IMG/VR virus record: IMGVR_UViG_3300020463_000013
Coordinates: 14,387-78,386 of that record
Strand: one strand, 5' to 3'
Length of the DNA: 64,000 bases
DNA from: a virus
Positions 31,901-40,813 of the stretch are shown piece by piece. Under the pieces are notes generated by a model. That model was not told the origin of the DNA. It did not search any database and saw only the letters and a program-made list of their open reading frames with translations. Position numbers and translations under genes: made by a program. Numbering within the stretch: the stretch's first letter is position 1; every line of letters begins with the position of its first letter.

Positions 31901-34900
31901 TCTATAAATGTAAACTATTCCTTGATCTGCATCTTTTTCGTCATCATAAGGCGCACCAATAGCAATGCTCATTCCGTCACTAGATATAGAAACGCTATCT
32001 GCAAATCCTATAGTTTTATTAGGTGCTTCAATAAGTTGATCAAATTCAAAAAATCCGTTGTTAATTCTGTAGACAACAACACCATTTGGCTTATCTGCGT
32101 TATATGTCACACTTGCTAAAAATACATCACCGTTTGCATTAACATCAATTGTTTCCCCAAACACTCCTAATTCTTGTTGATCTAACACTGTGCTTCCGTC
32201 TGTGCTATCATTTATAACAGAGAACAATGTATCATTAGGTAAAAATCCTATGTAGTCAACTAGATCATTTGTGCTTGTCCAATTTGCACTATCAAAAACT
32301 CCTGCAGGTAAATTTGTACGTGCAACTAACAAATTACCACCTAGATATACAATATCGTTTTCTCTGTATGTTCTAGTTTCACTAAATTCGCCTTTAAATT
32401 TTTTATTCTTTGCAGAATCCCAATTAAAAGTAACATTATTTTCAATACCATTTTTATATTGATATACTTTACCATTAGCGCCTTCTTGTGATGCATACAC
32501 AAATAGCCTATATACGTCATTATTTTTTGCACCTTTAACAGTAGTGCCTAGGAATTGATTACTAGCTCTGTATTCGTTTATATAGTAACCTACAGCATCA
32601 TAGCTTCCTGAAGGCCTACGTTCAAATATACTAAACATTCCCTCATAAAGTCTTTCACTTAAATTATTTTCAGCCGCTTGATCCACCGGAATATTGTATA
32701 CTTCTTCCCAGTCATTGCTGTCAGGACCTGGTATGTTAGGTTGTCTTGGTATACCGCTTACTTCGGCACTATCGTAGAACCAATATTCTGCACCCAATAA
32801 TGTATCACTATCTTGTAAAGTAATATTGTTATCAGCTTTAAACACTATAAATTTACCAATTCCAAAAGGTGCATATTGAAAGCCAACTGAATCAATTTGA
32901 CCAAATACACGATTTGTTTGATAGATTGGATTTGCTCTACCAGCATCTCCTATAAATTCTATTTCGACGTTGTCTCCAAAATCATTACCTAAACTAAATG
33001 TACCTGTAGTGTTTTTAACAAAAATTGTTCCGTTAAGTCCGTCCCTTTGATAAAATACTACATCAGCTTCTGCACCTGTGCCTAAATCTTTTACACGTAG
33101 CACATCGCCGCCACCTAAAACTTGCGGTTCAAAAACATTGCCTAAACTATCAAATTTTGTAAAATTAAATTTAATATACCCATCCCAAACATCGTGTACA
33201 GTTTGTAGTTTATTTGTAATTGTTTGAGATAATCCTATATCTGTAATATTTTTATAACTACTATCAGACCAACGAGGTAATTGATCCATATATAAGTTTA
33301 TACTTTCACTAGGATTAATGTTATCAGTAAGCGATTTAGGTGCTTTTACTATATACAGATCGCTAGGAATAATACTAGTTACACCTCCTGCACCAGGTGC
33401 ACCTTGATTTGTTAATGTTTGAATAAAACTTCCGATTGAATTTTCACTGTTAATAGTACTATCATCGTCAACATCTAAAACATTAAAATATCTTCTGTTT
33501 TGATTAGTTTGTCCGCTAGGTGTAAAGTCTTCGTAAATTAAACCTCTGCCTCTATCTTCGCATGCACTTTCTGTTGGTCCTGTATTATACGCTTGTAAAC
33601 TATCTATTACCCAATAGCCGCCCCATTGTGCAGAATAATCAGATGCATCGTTATGTAATTTTTTTACATATTCACCAACAAAATCTCCGTTTCTTAAAAA
33701 CAAACTTCCTTCAGTTGGAAATGTTCCGTTCACGTCCTTGACATAAATTGTTACCCTAGCATCTTCGTTATATTTGTATGCTACTGTGCCTATTGCTCCT
33801 GATGTTTCAATTATATCTCCTATGACAGGAACATTTGTAGCCGCGTCAACATATAGAACAGCATCTACTTTATAAAGTATTTGGTGTTCACCTGTTAAGA
33901 ATTCGGTAGTAACAATTGGATTGTAAATACTGTTAAATGGAGCAATGTCTTGAATACTATTTTTATTTTGATAAGCATTAGATCTTTGATTCCATTTTAA
34001 ACTAATTGTATCTCCTACTTTTGATCCTTCATATTGGTTAAATGGTGCTCTTATAATTACGTGATCTGTAGCAGTGCTAGTAAATGGATAATTTCCTGAA
34101 GCAAGTACTACAGGAGCATCATCTGTTTCATCTGTCAAACCTAAAGCAATTCTAATCTGTGTCACACTTGTAAAACTATTAAAATCAATAGAATCTTCTG
34201 CACCTGTTATTCCTACATTTGCTCTCCATAAACTATTGTCATAGCTTACAATATCATTCTTTAAATAATTTGTTGTTGTAATAAATTCATCTTGATATCT
34301 TGTTTTGACTTTAGATGCAGACGGAGATCCTACGTAAATATATTTTCCGTCTTCACTTATATCTACACTTGCGCCAAATCTCTCGCCGTCCATAGCCGCA
34401 CCGGCTAATGGAATAAGTTCTGCTATAAGTATAAAATTATTACTTTCACTTGCTCTATTGTATACATTCACTTGTCCGTTGGCAAAATCTGGCATGCCTA
34501 CAGCAATTACAGTATTACGTTTGTTTACTGCAATACTACTTGCAAAATTTTGCAAGGCACTATCAGTGCCATTTTTATTTTCGATAGTCTGTGCCAAAGT
34601 ATAATTTCTTGCATTTTGCACAACTGACCATTTGTTGTCAGCACCAGAATCTATCCATAATATATCGCCGTCTTCTAAAGTACTTTGTGCTATAGTGTTA
34701 GCTTCGTCAACATTAGATGCACGTACTTTTACAAAATTTGTTACATAGCCTACTGTTTGTTCTATATCTTCTATATCTTCGTCACTAAGTAAGACTATCT
34801 TATCGCCAGTAACTTCTTTTACTTTGTAAAATCCTTCTATACCTTCAACGTCAAATATTCCTATTATGTCATCAGCTTTTACACCTGTATAAGTAGACTT

Positions 34901-37900
34901 TAGATTGACTGTAAATTCGTCTGTGCCTGACGTAATACTTGTAATTGTGTTATCTGTATTAGAATATTTGTATACACTCCAAGATAAATTATCAGTACCT
35001 ACCCAGACATAATCTCCCTGCCGTAAATTATCAAAATCTAAGTTTAAAATATCATCGTATGTTTGTGATATAACTTTTACATCTTCAAAATCAACATAAC
35101 CTGCATTTTTTACATAAGTTGAATCAACATACTTGGTTGGAAATGGAGCGTGATTATAATCATCACTTTTTTGATACACGTCATAAGGTGGTATTTTAAA
35201 AATTAAGTCTGTGCTTGCAGGATCAATTGAATTTACTAATTCAATTGGTTGCGGTGAAAGCCTAAATTTAGATTCGTCTAATGTATAATCAACTTCTTGG
35301 AAAGCATCAACAGCACCATACTGGCCGTCCTTGATAGCCCATTCTTCGTAAAATTCTAAACTATCTTTGTCTGCACTTGCCAAGGCATCAAACATTTTAC
35401 TTAAAGCATTTTTTGTACCTTTATCTTGTAACATGCCCTGGTAAAATTTGTATTGACTTACATCATCATTTACAATATTTTCTAAATACTTTCTTTTTTG
35501 ATAGCCAATTAAATGCTGTGCTAATCTTTGTTGTTCTACATCAAAATTATCGCTGTCTAAATCATAAAAATCTGTAAACTGTATAGCTTTGTAGTCCCAG
35601 TTTGAATACAATCCACCAATAGGCTTATCAGTCAATCTATTCCATTGATTGTCTATAAATGTTTCGGTTCCTGGAACTTTTTTATCTGCTGAATAATAAA
35701 ATTCTTTGTGCTTTACAATATCGCCAATATCATAATCGTTCCAAGGCATCCATTCAGTAATTTTTGCACCATCATAAAAGAATCCAGGTATACTTATACT
35801 ACCATTCCATTCATCTGTTCTATAACCTGCAACTTTTATTCTTTCCTGTCTGTAGCCAGGTTCTTGATCATAAATTACATCACCAAATACTGTTCTATTA
35901 TCTAGTAATACCACATGTTCTTTTTGTACTAATGGGAGAGTAGCCGCGTATATTCCGTCTGCTGTGTTTCTTGTTTGCATATAAAATTCATTTGGATTTT
36001 CTCTACCAATTGCTAAAAATTCTGAGTTTAATTTTTTTCCGTCTGCTTTTATTATGCTATAGCCGTATATTGTTTCGTATACATTAGATACAACGCTATA
36101 GTCACTTACAAATTTTAAGTACTGAGCTGCAGGAGATACCGTTAGAAGTGTTCCATTATCCCAGCGTTGTGTTGTCCAAAACATGAATTGTTTTGCACTA
36201 TATCTCCAATCTTGCACTACTGCTTCATTACCTTCATAGTTGTCAAACACAAAGCCTTGATTTTCTAACCAAGCACCATAGGAAACTAAAAAGTCTACTA
36301 CCTCCTGAATTGAATCAAAAGTAGTACCGTACGCAACTTCTTGTACAATATTTTTATTAAATAATTTTGCAAAACTAGCTCTTACGCCGCCATCCATAGG
36401 AAGTTCTGCTAATTTAGTAGTTTTATCTCCATCAAGAGTAGCGGCACTAGTATGAGATTCTGTTACTCTATAGTAAGCATTTTGAAACTCTACTATATAA
36501 CCTTTTTCATAATATTTGTCAGAAGCCCATTTTAAGAAATCTTCGCTTATTCCACCTACAGTAATAACTGGATCTTTTTGCTGTTTAATTACTGGGTGTG
36601 TTTTAAATGTTGCACTAGTATTACTGTAGCCTTTTACAGTATATCCGCCTATTACTTTTTCTATAATTACACCAGAATATGCAACAGTTTTTATAGGAGT
36701 GCTAGTGTTTAAAATAATTTGATAATTTTCTTCTGGAACAAATACGTTACCTTCATTTGTAGGACTTCTGCTGTCCAAAATTAATTTAAATTTTGCTTTT
36801 TCTGTAAAAGCTCCTAATTTAAATCCAATGTTATTTTGTATTGATGAAATATTGTTTTTGTAGTCAGCGTAACTTGTTGTCACGTCCAAGAACATGTAGT
36901 CAGCTATGTAGTTTACAAATCCGCTTGTGTATGTTTGTGTAGTATCTGTTACAGATGTAGGATACACAAGTTTATCTAATTCTAATTGTTTGCTAGTATC
37001 CTTATACACTATTATATCTGCAACGTCTCTAATTTGTCTTTGCCTATCAAATGCTGTAGCAAACATTCTCGAAGGAGCATTTAGAATTAAACTTGAAATA
37101 AGACTAAAAGCATACTCACTAGATCTGCGCCATGCAGATTCTACAGGTGCACCGTCGCCAAACTTAAAATTGTCTTCTATTCCTGTGCTAGTAAAACCAG
37201 TTGCATATCCACTAGCTAATGGACTTAAAAGTGCGCCATTTGCATCTGTAGGTATATGTTGTGTAAGATTGGGCCTTACGTATTTTTTAACAAATTTTGG
37301 AATTGTGTTAGGCTGTGCTATTTTGCCTTGTTCTATATCTTGCCACATTACTAAGTTATCACGGGTATATGGTGCAGGTCCGTAATTTGTTTCCCACCAA
37401 GTAGGTTTAACAGTAAAGCCTAACATTTCCCACGGATGGCTATGTGGGCGGTCTGTATCATATGCCATCATATATACTTGACGCCAGTAACCAGGCAAAA
37501 CTTTTCCTGTAGGACTTTGCATTGATTCATAGTTAAAAGAAAAAGTGTCAGATCTTACAAAATTATTTTTTGTATACTGCGTATCTGCAATACTTGTCCA
37601 TTCAATAAAATCAGTAAGCATGCCTTTATCTACTGCATCTTTAGGTGAATAGCTATCTCTTGCATCGCCTTCGACATAATCTGTTAGATCAAATATTGTT
37701 TCATCATAACTTATTTTTATGTTGTTGTATATACGTGTCTCTAGTTCAATTATGAGATTATCTCTAAAATCTCCATAGGCTTTTACAATACTACCATCGT
37801 GTCCTTGTATTACATCTACAGGTGTTCTGTATGTTGTATCTAAAAACTTTTCAGGCTGATATGCAGGATACAATCCTAATTTTGTAGGTGTAGCAGGTAC

Positions 37901-40813
37901 ATACGATCCATTTGTATTTTCATACTCGTAAATAGTTACAATATCGTCTTCAGCTTTAGTCGCTGTAATCACAGCAAAACCTTCGTCATTAAATGTATAA
38001 TCTTTTCCGTGTGTTAATTGAACACCATTCAGATATACTGTGACTGCTTTTTTATCTAAAACAGTTTTATCAAATGTCCTTGTCAACGCAAAAAATGTAT
38101 TGTTTACATCTTCTATTACATATCTTAATTCTTTTGATGCTCCTAGAGGCACCATATCACTAAAGAAAAACGGCTGTGTTTCAGTTTTACTTTTGTTTAT
38201 TTCTGCAAGAATTAGATCAACATGAGTCTTCACATCACCTTCAAATCCTAAAGTCTCTGCTACTTGAATAAATCTTCTCTTAAATTTTCCATACTCTTTT
38301 CTAGCAAACTTTATTGAATTAATTACATTACTTTCACTGTTTGTTAAATGATATAATGAATGGTTTATTAATCCGCTATGTTTTACAAATCTATTTCCAA
38401 ATTGACTAACTTGTCCTAAGTCACGTAAATTACTAGTGCCTGGAAATTGTCCTTCGAAATTATCTATTTCTTCTACAATAGTGCTTACATGATCATTAAC
38501 TTCTCCCAAAGTAAATTCTGTGACATTTTTGTTTAAAGGATTTCTTTCGAAGTTGATAGGAAATTCATATGTTCCATTATTATTTTTGCTTGTGCTAGAT
38601 TTTGTTTTTATAAGTATAACATCATCTACTGATAAACTTTTTGTAAAAACAATCTGTAATGTGTTATTGACGTCTTTAGTTGTTGTGAAATCTACACCCA
38701 TTTTTTGTATTGTGTTATTTTTATAGACACGTAACCATAAATCTGTTAAGGTTGCACTTGCATCATAATGATCTATATCAAATTCTGTTTGTGTACCATC
38801 ATATACATATTGACGTTCTACTTTTTGTGTACTTAAAGTATCTGCCTTTTTATATCCTGTAACAAATTTAAAATTATCTATTTCGCTAAATTTCTTTAAA
38901 AATGTTATGTCTGATTTTACATCTACTAAACTATTTTGTGTTTGGTAAGTAAATATTTGTCCTAGTAAATTAAAATCAAATAATATATCACCACTGTTAG
39001 TAATATTCCTGTATGATAATGGAAATCCTAATTCTGTGTCATTTGCTCCCGTTCCTTGTTTGTAGGAAAATAATTTGTTACCTGAAAAGTTGCTTGCATC
39101 ATAAACTGTTTTGTCGCCATAGCTTACGCCGTCTTTATCAAAAAGATCAAATAATGGACTTATATTCACATCAGTTTTATCTTGACCGTTTTTCCATTGT
39201 GTGCCATCAAAGTAAAACATTTTACCTTTGTATACATCGCCTTGCCTTACTAATACAGTTTCATTTAAAATAGGATCTGTATCTGTTTCATCTATTAAAG
39301 CAATTTGTGTAACACTGTTAAAGACAATAAATTTTACCTTAAATATTTTTCCGTATACACGCTCGTCTTGATCTCCTAAAAATAGTATTCTCATACCTTC
39401 TGAAAGATCAATATTATCTATATTATATCCTGTTGCGCCTTCAATTACGGATCTTACATCAGATGTAAAAATATCTACTAGATCTACATCTAACTTGTTC
39501 TTAGTACCAAAATCAAATAATTTTATACCTGCTTCAAATTCTATAATAGGCCTACTCGCTCTATTTGTTTGATTTACTTCAACAGGTTGATTGTTTATTG
39601 CGGCACTCTTTTCAATTACATCTCTATGAAACCATCTGTTATATCTGCTCCATAGGTTACCGTCTATAGCACTTCTATCTATAACCACATAATCTCTTGT
39701 TAAAGGATAACCAATACTTTGACCAAATGGTAATCTATCAAAAGCGCCGTCATCAAAAGGATTTGTTATATTTGCAGTAAAAGTTGTAGGTACATCCAAA
39801 GCATCTTCTTTTACAAGTTTTATTTTATCGCCGACGCCTTCAACATAATATTCACCCTCTGCATATGTACTTGGTGTTACATTACCAATAAAATAAATTT
39901 TCATTCCATTTGATAACTCAAACCCATTACCTGTTTTGTAAGTCTTTTTTCCTACTACTTCTGCATCAACATCAATTTTAGTTGCTTCTTCTATATTGTA
40001 TACTTCGATAACTCCACTACTACCTAAATCGTTATCGCTCATATAATAGATTACATCTGGTGTGCTTTGATCTAATTTAAATTCTATTATTCCTTTATCA
40101 GTTGCATCTGATGAATCTTGTATAATATTATAAGCTGAATCTTCTACACGCTTACTTCTAAATACTAAAGGCAAACCAGGTGCATCAACTTCAAACCTAT
40201 ATGTAATTCCTCTATATAGTTTCAATGTAGGATTAGGAGTTTTTCCGTCTGGTGAAAATATATACGATTTATTATCTAATGCATCTTGTGCAGTGACAGT
40301 GTAAGTGCTTACAACATCAATAGTCTGTCCTGCAACAGGCACACTTTGCGGTCCTGTAGGAAGCCAATAGTATTCTCTAAAATTAACAAACTTATCCCAA
40401 TTTACATGCGGATCCCAAGCATAATATTCTTGGGCATTTAGTTTATCATGATTAACATTTGCACCGTTAAAGTTTCCTATTTGATTTATATAATCGTTGT
40501 AATCTTTATAGTATGTTAAATTGCCTAATGTATCTTTAATTAAACTTGCTGGTTCAAATTGATAATCTTCTCTTTGTTTAGAAACATCACCGACATAATT
40601 ATCAGATGCTTGAAATGCATTTGTAATTTTTCTACCATAATACCCGTTAACTTTTTCAGCTACGCCAGGTTGAATCATTTGGTCAAATGTTGCACTTAAA
40701 AATTTTCTGTTAAATCTTGATCTAAAATATTTAGGTAAGTGATTTAAACTAGACCGTTTTATAGGATTTCCTGCAGGAAGTGCAGGATCATTTTGATTGT
40801 CATCGTAAGACAT
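25910..40813 (-). CDS. Giant (4967 aa) virion structural protein, baseplate wedge/fibre-like
   Basis: Uninterrupted 14.9-kb ORF directly after the gp6-like gene. Contains FG-GAP-like repeats (FGASVDISEDG, FADSVSISSDG, FGTAISYTGD), CBM5/12-like repeats (Y..GDIV...Y) and GDG..xFxL repeats. Confidence 0.8.
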   Translation of the reverse strand: MSYDDNQNDPALPAGNPIKRSSLNHLPKYFRSRFNRKFLSATFDQMIQPGVAEKVNGYYGRKITNAFQASDNYVGDVSKQREDYQFEPASLIKDTLGNLTYYKDYNDYINQIGNFNGANVNHDKLNAQEYYAWDPHVNWDKFVNFREYYWLPTGPQSVPVAGQTIDVVSTYTVTAQDALDNKSYIFSPDGKTPNPTLKLYRGITYRFEVDAPGLPLVFRSKRVEDSAYNIIQDSSDATDKGIIEFKLDQSTPDVIYYMSDNDLGSSGVIEVYNIEEATKIDVDAEVVGKKTYKTGNGFELSNGMKIYFIGNVTPSTYAEGEYYVEGVGDKIKLVKEDALDVPTTFTANITNPFDDGAFDRLPFGQSIGYPLTRDYVVIDRSAIDGNLWSRYNRWFHRDVIEKSAAINNQPVEVNQTNRASRPIIEFEAGIKLFDFGTKNKLDVDLVDIFTSDVRSVIEGATGYNIDNIDLSEGMRILFLGDQDERVYGKIFKVKFIVFNSVTQIALIDETDTDPILNETVLVRQGDVYKGKMFYFDGTQWKNGQDKTDVNISPLFDLFDKDGVSYGDKTVYDASNFSGNKLFSYKQGTGANDTELGFPLSYRNITNSGDILFDFNLLGQIFTYQTQNSLVDVKSDITFLKKFSEIDNFKFVTGYKKADTLSTQKVERQYVYDGTQTEFDIDHYDASATLTDLWLRVYKNNTIQKMGVDFTTTKDVNNTLQIVFTKSLSVDDVILIKTKSSTSKNNNGTYEFPINFERNPLNKNVTEFTLGEVNDHVSTIVEEIDNFEGQFPGTSNLRDLGQVSQFGNRFVKHSGLINHSLYHLTNSESNVINSIKFARKEYGKFKRRFIQVAETLGFEGDVKTHVDLILAEINKSKTETQPFFFSDMVPLGASKELRYVIEDVNNTFFALTRTFDKTVLDKKAVTVYLNGVQLTHGKDYTFNDEGFAVITATKAEDDIVTIYEYENTNGSYVPATPTKLGLYPAYQPEKFLDTTYRTPVDVIQGHDGSIVKAYGDFRDNLIIELETRIYNNIKISYDETIFDLTDYVEGDARDSYSPKDAVDKGMLTDFIEWTSIADTQYTKNNFVRSDTFSFNYESMQSPTGKVLPGYWRQVYMMAYDTDRPHSHPWEMLGFTVKPTWWETNYGPAPYTRDNLVMWQDIEQGKIAQPNTIPKFVKKYVRPNLTQHIPTDANGALLSPLASGYATGFTSTGIEDNFKFGDGAPVESAWRRSSEYAFSLISSLILNAPSRMFATAFDRQRQIRDVADIIVYKDTSKQLELDKLVYPTSVTDTTQTYTSGFVNYIADYMFLDVTTSYADYKNNISSIQNNIGFKLGAFTEKAKFKLILDSRSPTNEGNVFVPEENYQIILNTSTPIKTVAYSGVIIEKVIGGYTVKGYSNTSATFKTHPVIKQQKDPVITVGGISEDFLKWASDKYYEKGYIVEFQNAYYRVTESHTSAATLDGDKTTKLAELPMDGGVRASFAKLFNKNIVQEVAYGTTFDSIQEVVDFLVSYGAWLENQGFVFDNYEGNEAVVQDWRYSAKQFMFWTTQRWDNGTLLTVSPAAQYLKFVSDYSVVSNVYETIYGYSIIKADGKKLNSEFLAIGRENPNEFYMQTRNTADGIYAATLPLVQKEHVVLLDNRTVFGDVIYDQEPGYRQERIKVAGYRTDEWNGSISIPGFFYDGAKITEWMPWNDYDIGDIVKHKEFYYSADKKVPGTETFIDNQWNRLTDKPIGGLYSNWDYKAIQFTDFYDLDSDNFDVEQQRLAQHLIGYQKRKYLENIVNDDVSQYKFYQGMLQDKGTKNALSKMFDALASADKDSLEFYEEWAIKDGQYGAVDAFQEVDYTLDESKFRLSPQPIELVNSIDPASTDLIFKIPPYDVYQKSDDYNHAPFPTKYVDSTYVKNAGYVDFEDVKVISQTYDDILNLDFDNLRQGDYVWVGTDNLSWSVYKYSNTDNTITSITSGTDEFTVNLKSTYTGVKADDIIGIFDVEGIEGFYKVKEVTGDKIVLLSDEDIEDIEQTVGYVTNFVKVRASNVDEANTIAQSTLEDGDILWIDSGADNKWSVVQNARNYTLAQTIENKNGTDSALQNFASSIAVNKRNTVIAVGMPDFANGQVNVYNRASESNNFILIAELIPLAGAAMDGERFGASVDISEDGKYIYVGSPSASKVKTRYQDEFITTTNYLKNDIVSYDNSLWRANVGITGAEDSIDFNSFTSVTQIRIALGLTDETDDAPVVLASGNYPFTSTATDHVIIRAPFNQYEGSKVGDTISLKWNQRSNAYQNKNSIQDIAPFNSIYNPIVTTEFLTGEHQILYKVDAVLYVDAATNVPVIGDIIETSGAIGTVAYKYNEDARVTIYVKDVNGTFPTEGSLFLRNGDFVGEYVKKLHNDASDYSAQWGGYWVIDSLQAYNTGPTESACEDRGRGLIYEDFTPSGQTNQNRRYFNVLDVDDDSTINSENSIGSFIQTLTNQGAPGAGGVTSIIPSDLYIVKAPKSLTDNINPSESINLYMDQLPRWSDSSYKNITDIGLSQTITNKLQTVHDVWDGYIKFNFTKFDSLGNVFEPQVLGGGDVLRVKDLGTGAEADVVFYQRDGLNGTIFVKNTTGTFSLGNDFGDNVEIEFIGDAGRANPIYQTNRVFGQIDSVGFQYAPFGIGKFIVFKADNNITLQDSDTLLGAEYWFYDSAEVSGIPRQPNIPGPDSNDWEEVYNIPVDQAAENNLSERLYEGMFSIFERRPSGSYDAVGYYINEYRASNQFLGTTVKGAKNNDVYRLFVYASQEGANGKVYQYKNGIENNVTFNWDSAKNKKFKGEFSETRTYRENDIVYLGGNLLVARTNLPAGVFDSANWTSTNDLVDYIGFLPNDTLFSVINDSTDGSTVLDQQELGVFGETIDVNANGDVFLASVTYNADKPNGVVVYRINNGFFEFDQLIEAPNKTIGFADSVSISSDGMSIAIGAPYDDEKDADQGIVYIYRQVQGKFELDQKLYSPKNERAEQFGTAISYTGDILAIGSKNADSIFESTIDVYSQKKEGSTYVNDPTSQPTGLPTTFDNSFTKFRRTNVDDGVVYVYENLNGKLLYADTIQFNNANVDYFGRNVEATGNHVYVGLPRLETGGQVGAFVDYRVQGNVYNNIRTPKDPVDVAKIKKVILYNKKTKKLLAYLDYIDVLQGKIAGVAEQELRYKTYYDPATYTTGTNVVVQKLNTWGQEQVGQLWWDLTNAKFLNPYQNDITYSTNNWNKLFSGASIDVYEWVETTLTPEQWNEQADTNDGLSQGISGQAKTTTNYVTKKVYDSISQSFTDKYFYWIKDKKTIPNNDFRTESAFNTAQLIADPYSYGYRYVSFFGNNQFAVNNCDTLIEGKEVAISVQYYTLENQDSNVHNQYQILTDGLASSKPNRDIERKWFDSLIGYDTRNRPVPDNTLGAKKKYGILNNPRQSLFVNNIEAMKQLIERVNGVLKENLIVENKNLTGLNYKEDFPSAITRLYDTTVESFAEIDLIGVAKSKQAILTPVIENGKIVRVTITDPGRGYLVAPTYTIRGASGEGADFTFTIDNAGQVTNVVVNNQGENYEDTTTIEVRKFAALVKADETINGKWSIYERLTETSTWNRIKSQAYNATLYWEYADWYMSGASETTEIDHLVDFSYQLTELNDNIGDVVKISSIGSGGWLLLQKIDEQSTTDYTVNYKTIGRQNGTIQFKRGLYDVTANLNGFDTISFDVQFYDAQPTVEQRRILEVLRDDLLTVELEHEYNKLFFASVRYAFSEQPYIDWAFKTSFVKAQHNVGSLREDITFNNDNLPSYEDYLEEVKPFKTKLREYLSSYERIEPTNTVITDFDLAPRYVEGRGIQPHPSQVIEDMIVGTESDITTYPYRHWLDNASYEIKSVNIYDGGTKYSEPPVISAVGGGGTGAKFKTYLGVNGKIVKIDVLDSGSGYISAPTLDINGSNPGGIDARISAVIGHETVRSFLTRVKFDRISSSFIITKLNESENFIGSGSKYIYDLKWPIDVKPANIKITVGGVELLPSQYTYTNFQDNTKTYVRFKGRITLDTPPANTKAIVIEYKKDPDLLVAQDRVNLLYDPTTGMLGKDIAQVMDGVDYGGVEVKSFGFENQGGFDAEGWFTGKWDTYDETYEDEVFNFDGSTTIIEVSKPLENGVEYNVYKNNIRIDDPNYDGSTFIENPNAIMETLVGDGITKILYLDNYGIKVADGDTLVIRKKTSDGSFLADPNGYDTLIEGGDLPYSTATGLKAEDISVDGDGFVTPTTSKGPEEIIPGQVLDTVDIQVYERPTGGASNIRSFNYVGDGTNKTFSLDQNVAFNNNIFVKVGDVIKTKDDYIFSTDRKSIIMDVAPGANIKVNIITLDVSGTNVLDYGTFVADGSTLDFLTNVRYADNMTHYATIDGEKQDTLLIKSDDSSYDVPGNVVIRFATPPIADKIINFGIFEGTTKNFSSVQIDEFIGDGSSIAFTLQTTPFSATPSQHNTIVKVNNTILSAGYSQHFDVTDIREYRLDLWQVPLGAFNHQDLLVYLNDIELTYGEQWNFVSAGEFDSTIRDENDIDPATGEPRVILDQQSGSTVTLLPGVGKDGDTLRVYAIKDGQYAYGYWDSAGEFASTPGTIYMDNVYESSDIITVYTFTNNKSQGIERQEFDVVERTKLTVGSENWYQLRHLRNGLIELRKPATDAQYVWVAKNGVLLSPSIDYYITDNKKYLKIAYDLSENDTIDIIHFAETPLIQKFGWRQFKDILNRTHYKRLTGKEDILLVRDLYPWDKTIEVENGDKLPQPGANPDTPSVIFIEGERIEYFVRDKNILKQIRRATLGTGAKDVYKEGTEVYHQGTDQNMPYKDETITLTLDGDGTSTQFQLDWTPNSVNEFEVFVAGKRMRKNSISSYQFETVDGNGNTVSAPQMDSPEGDVTLAPEFTISGTTLTLAEPAPENTKVIIIRKQGRIWTDPGTQLSKAKGNIARFLRNSTTDLPR

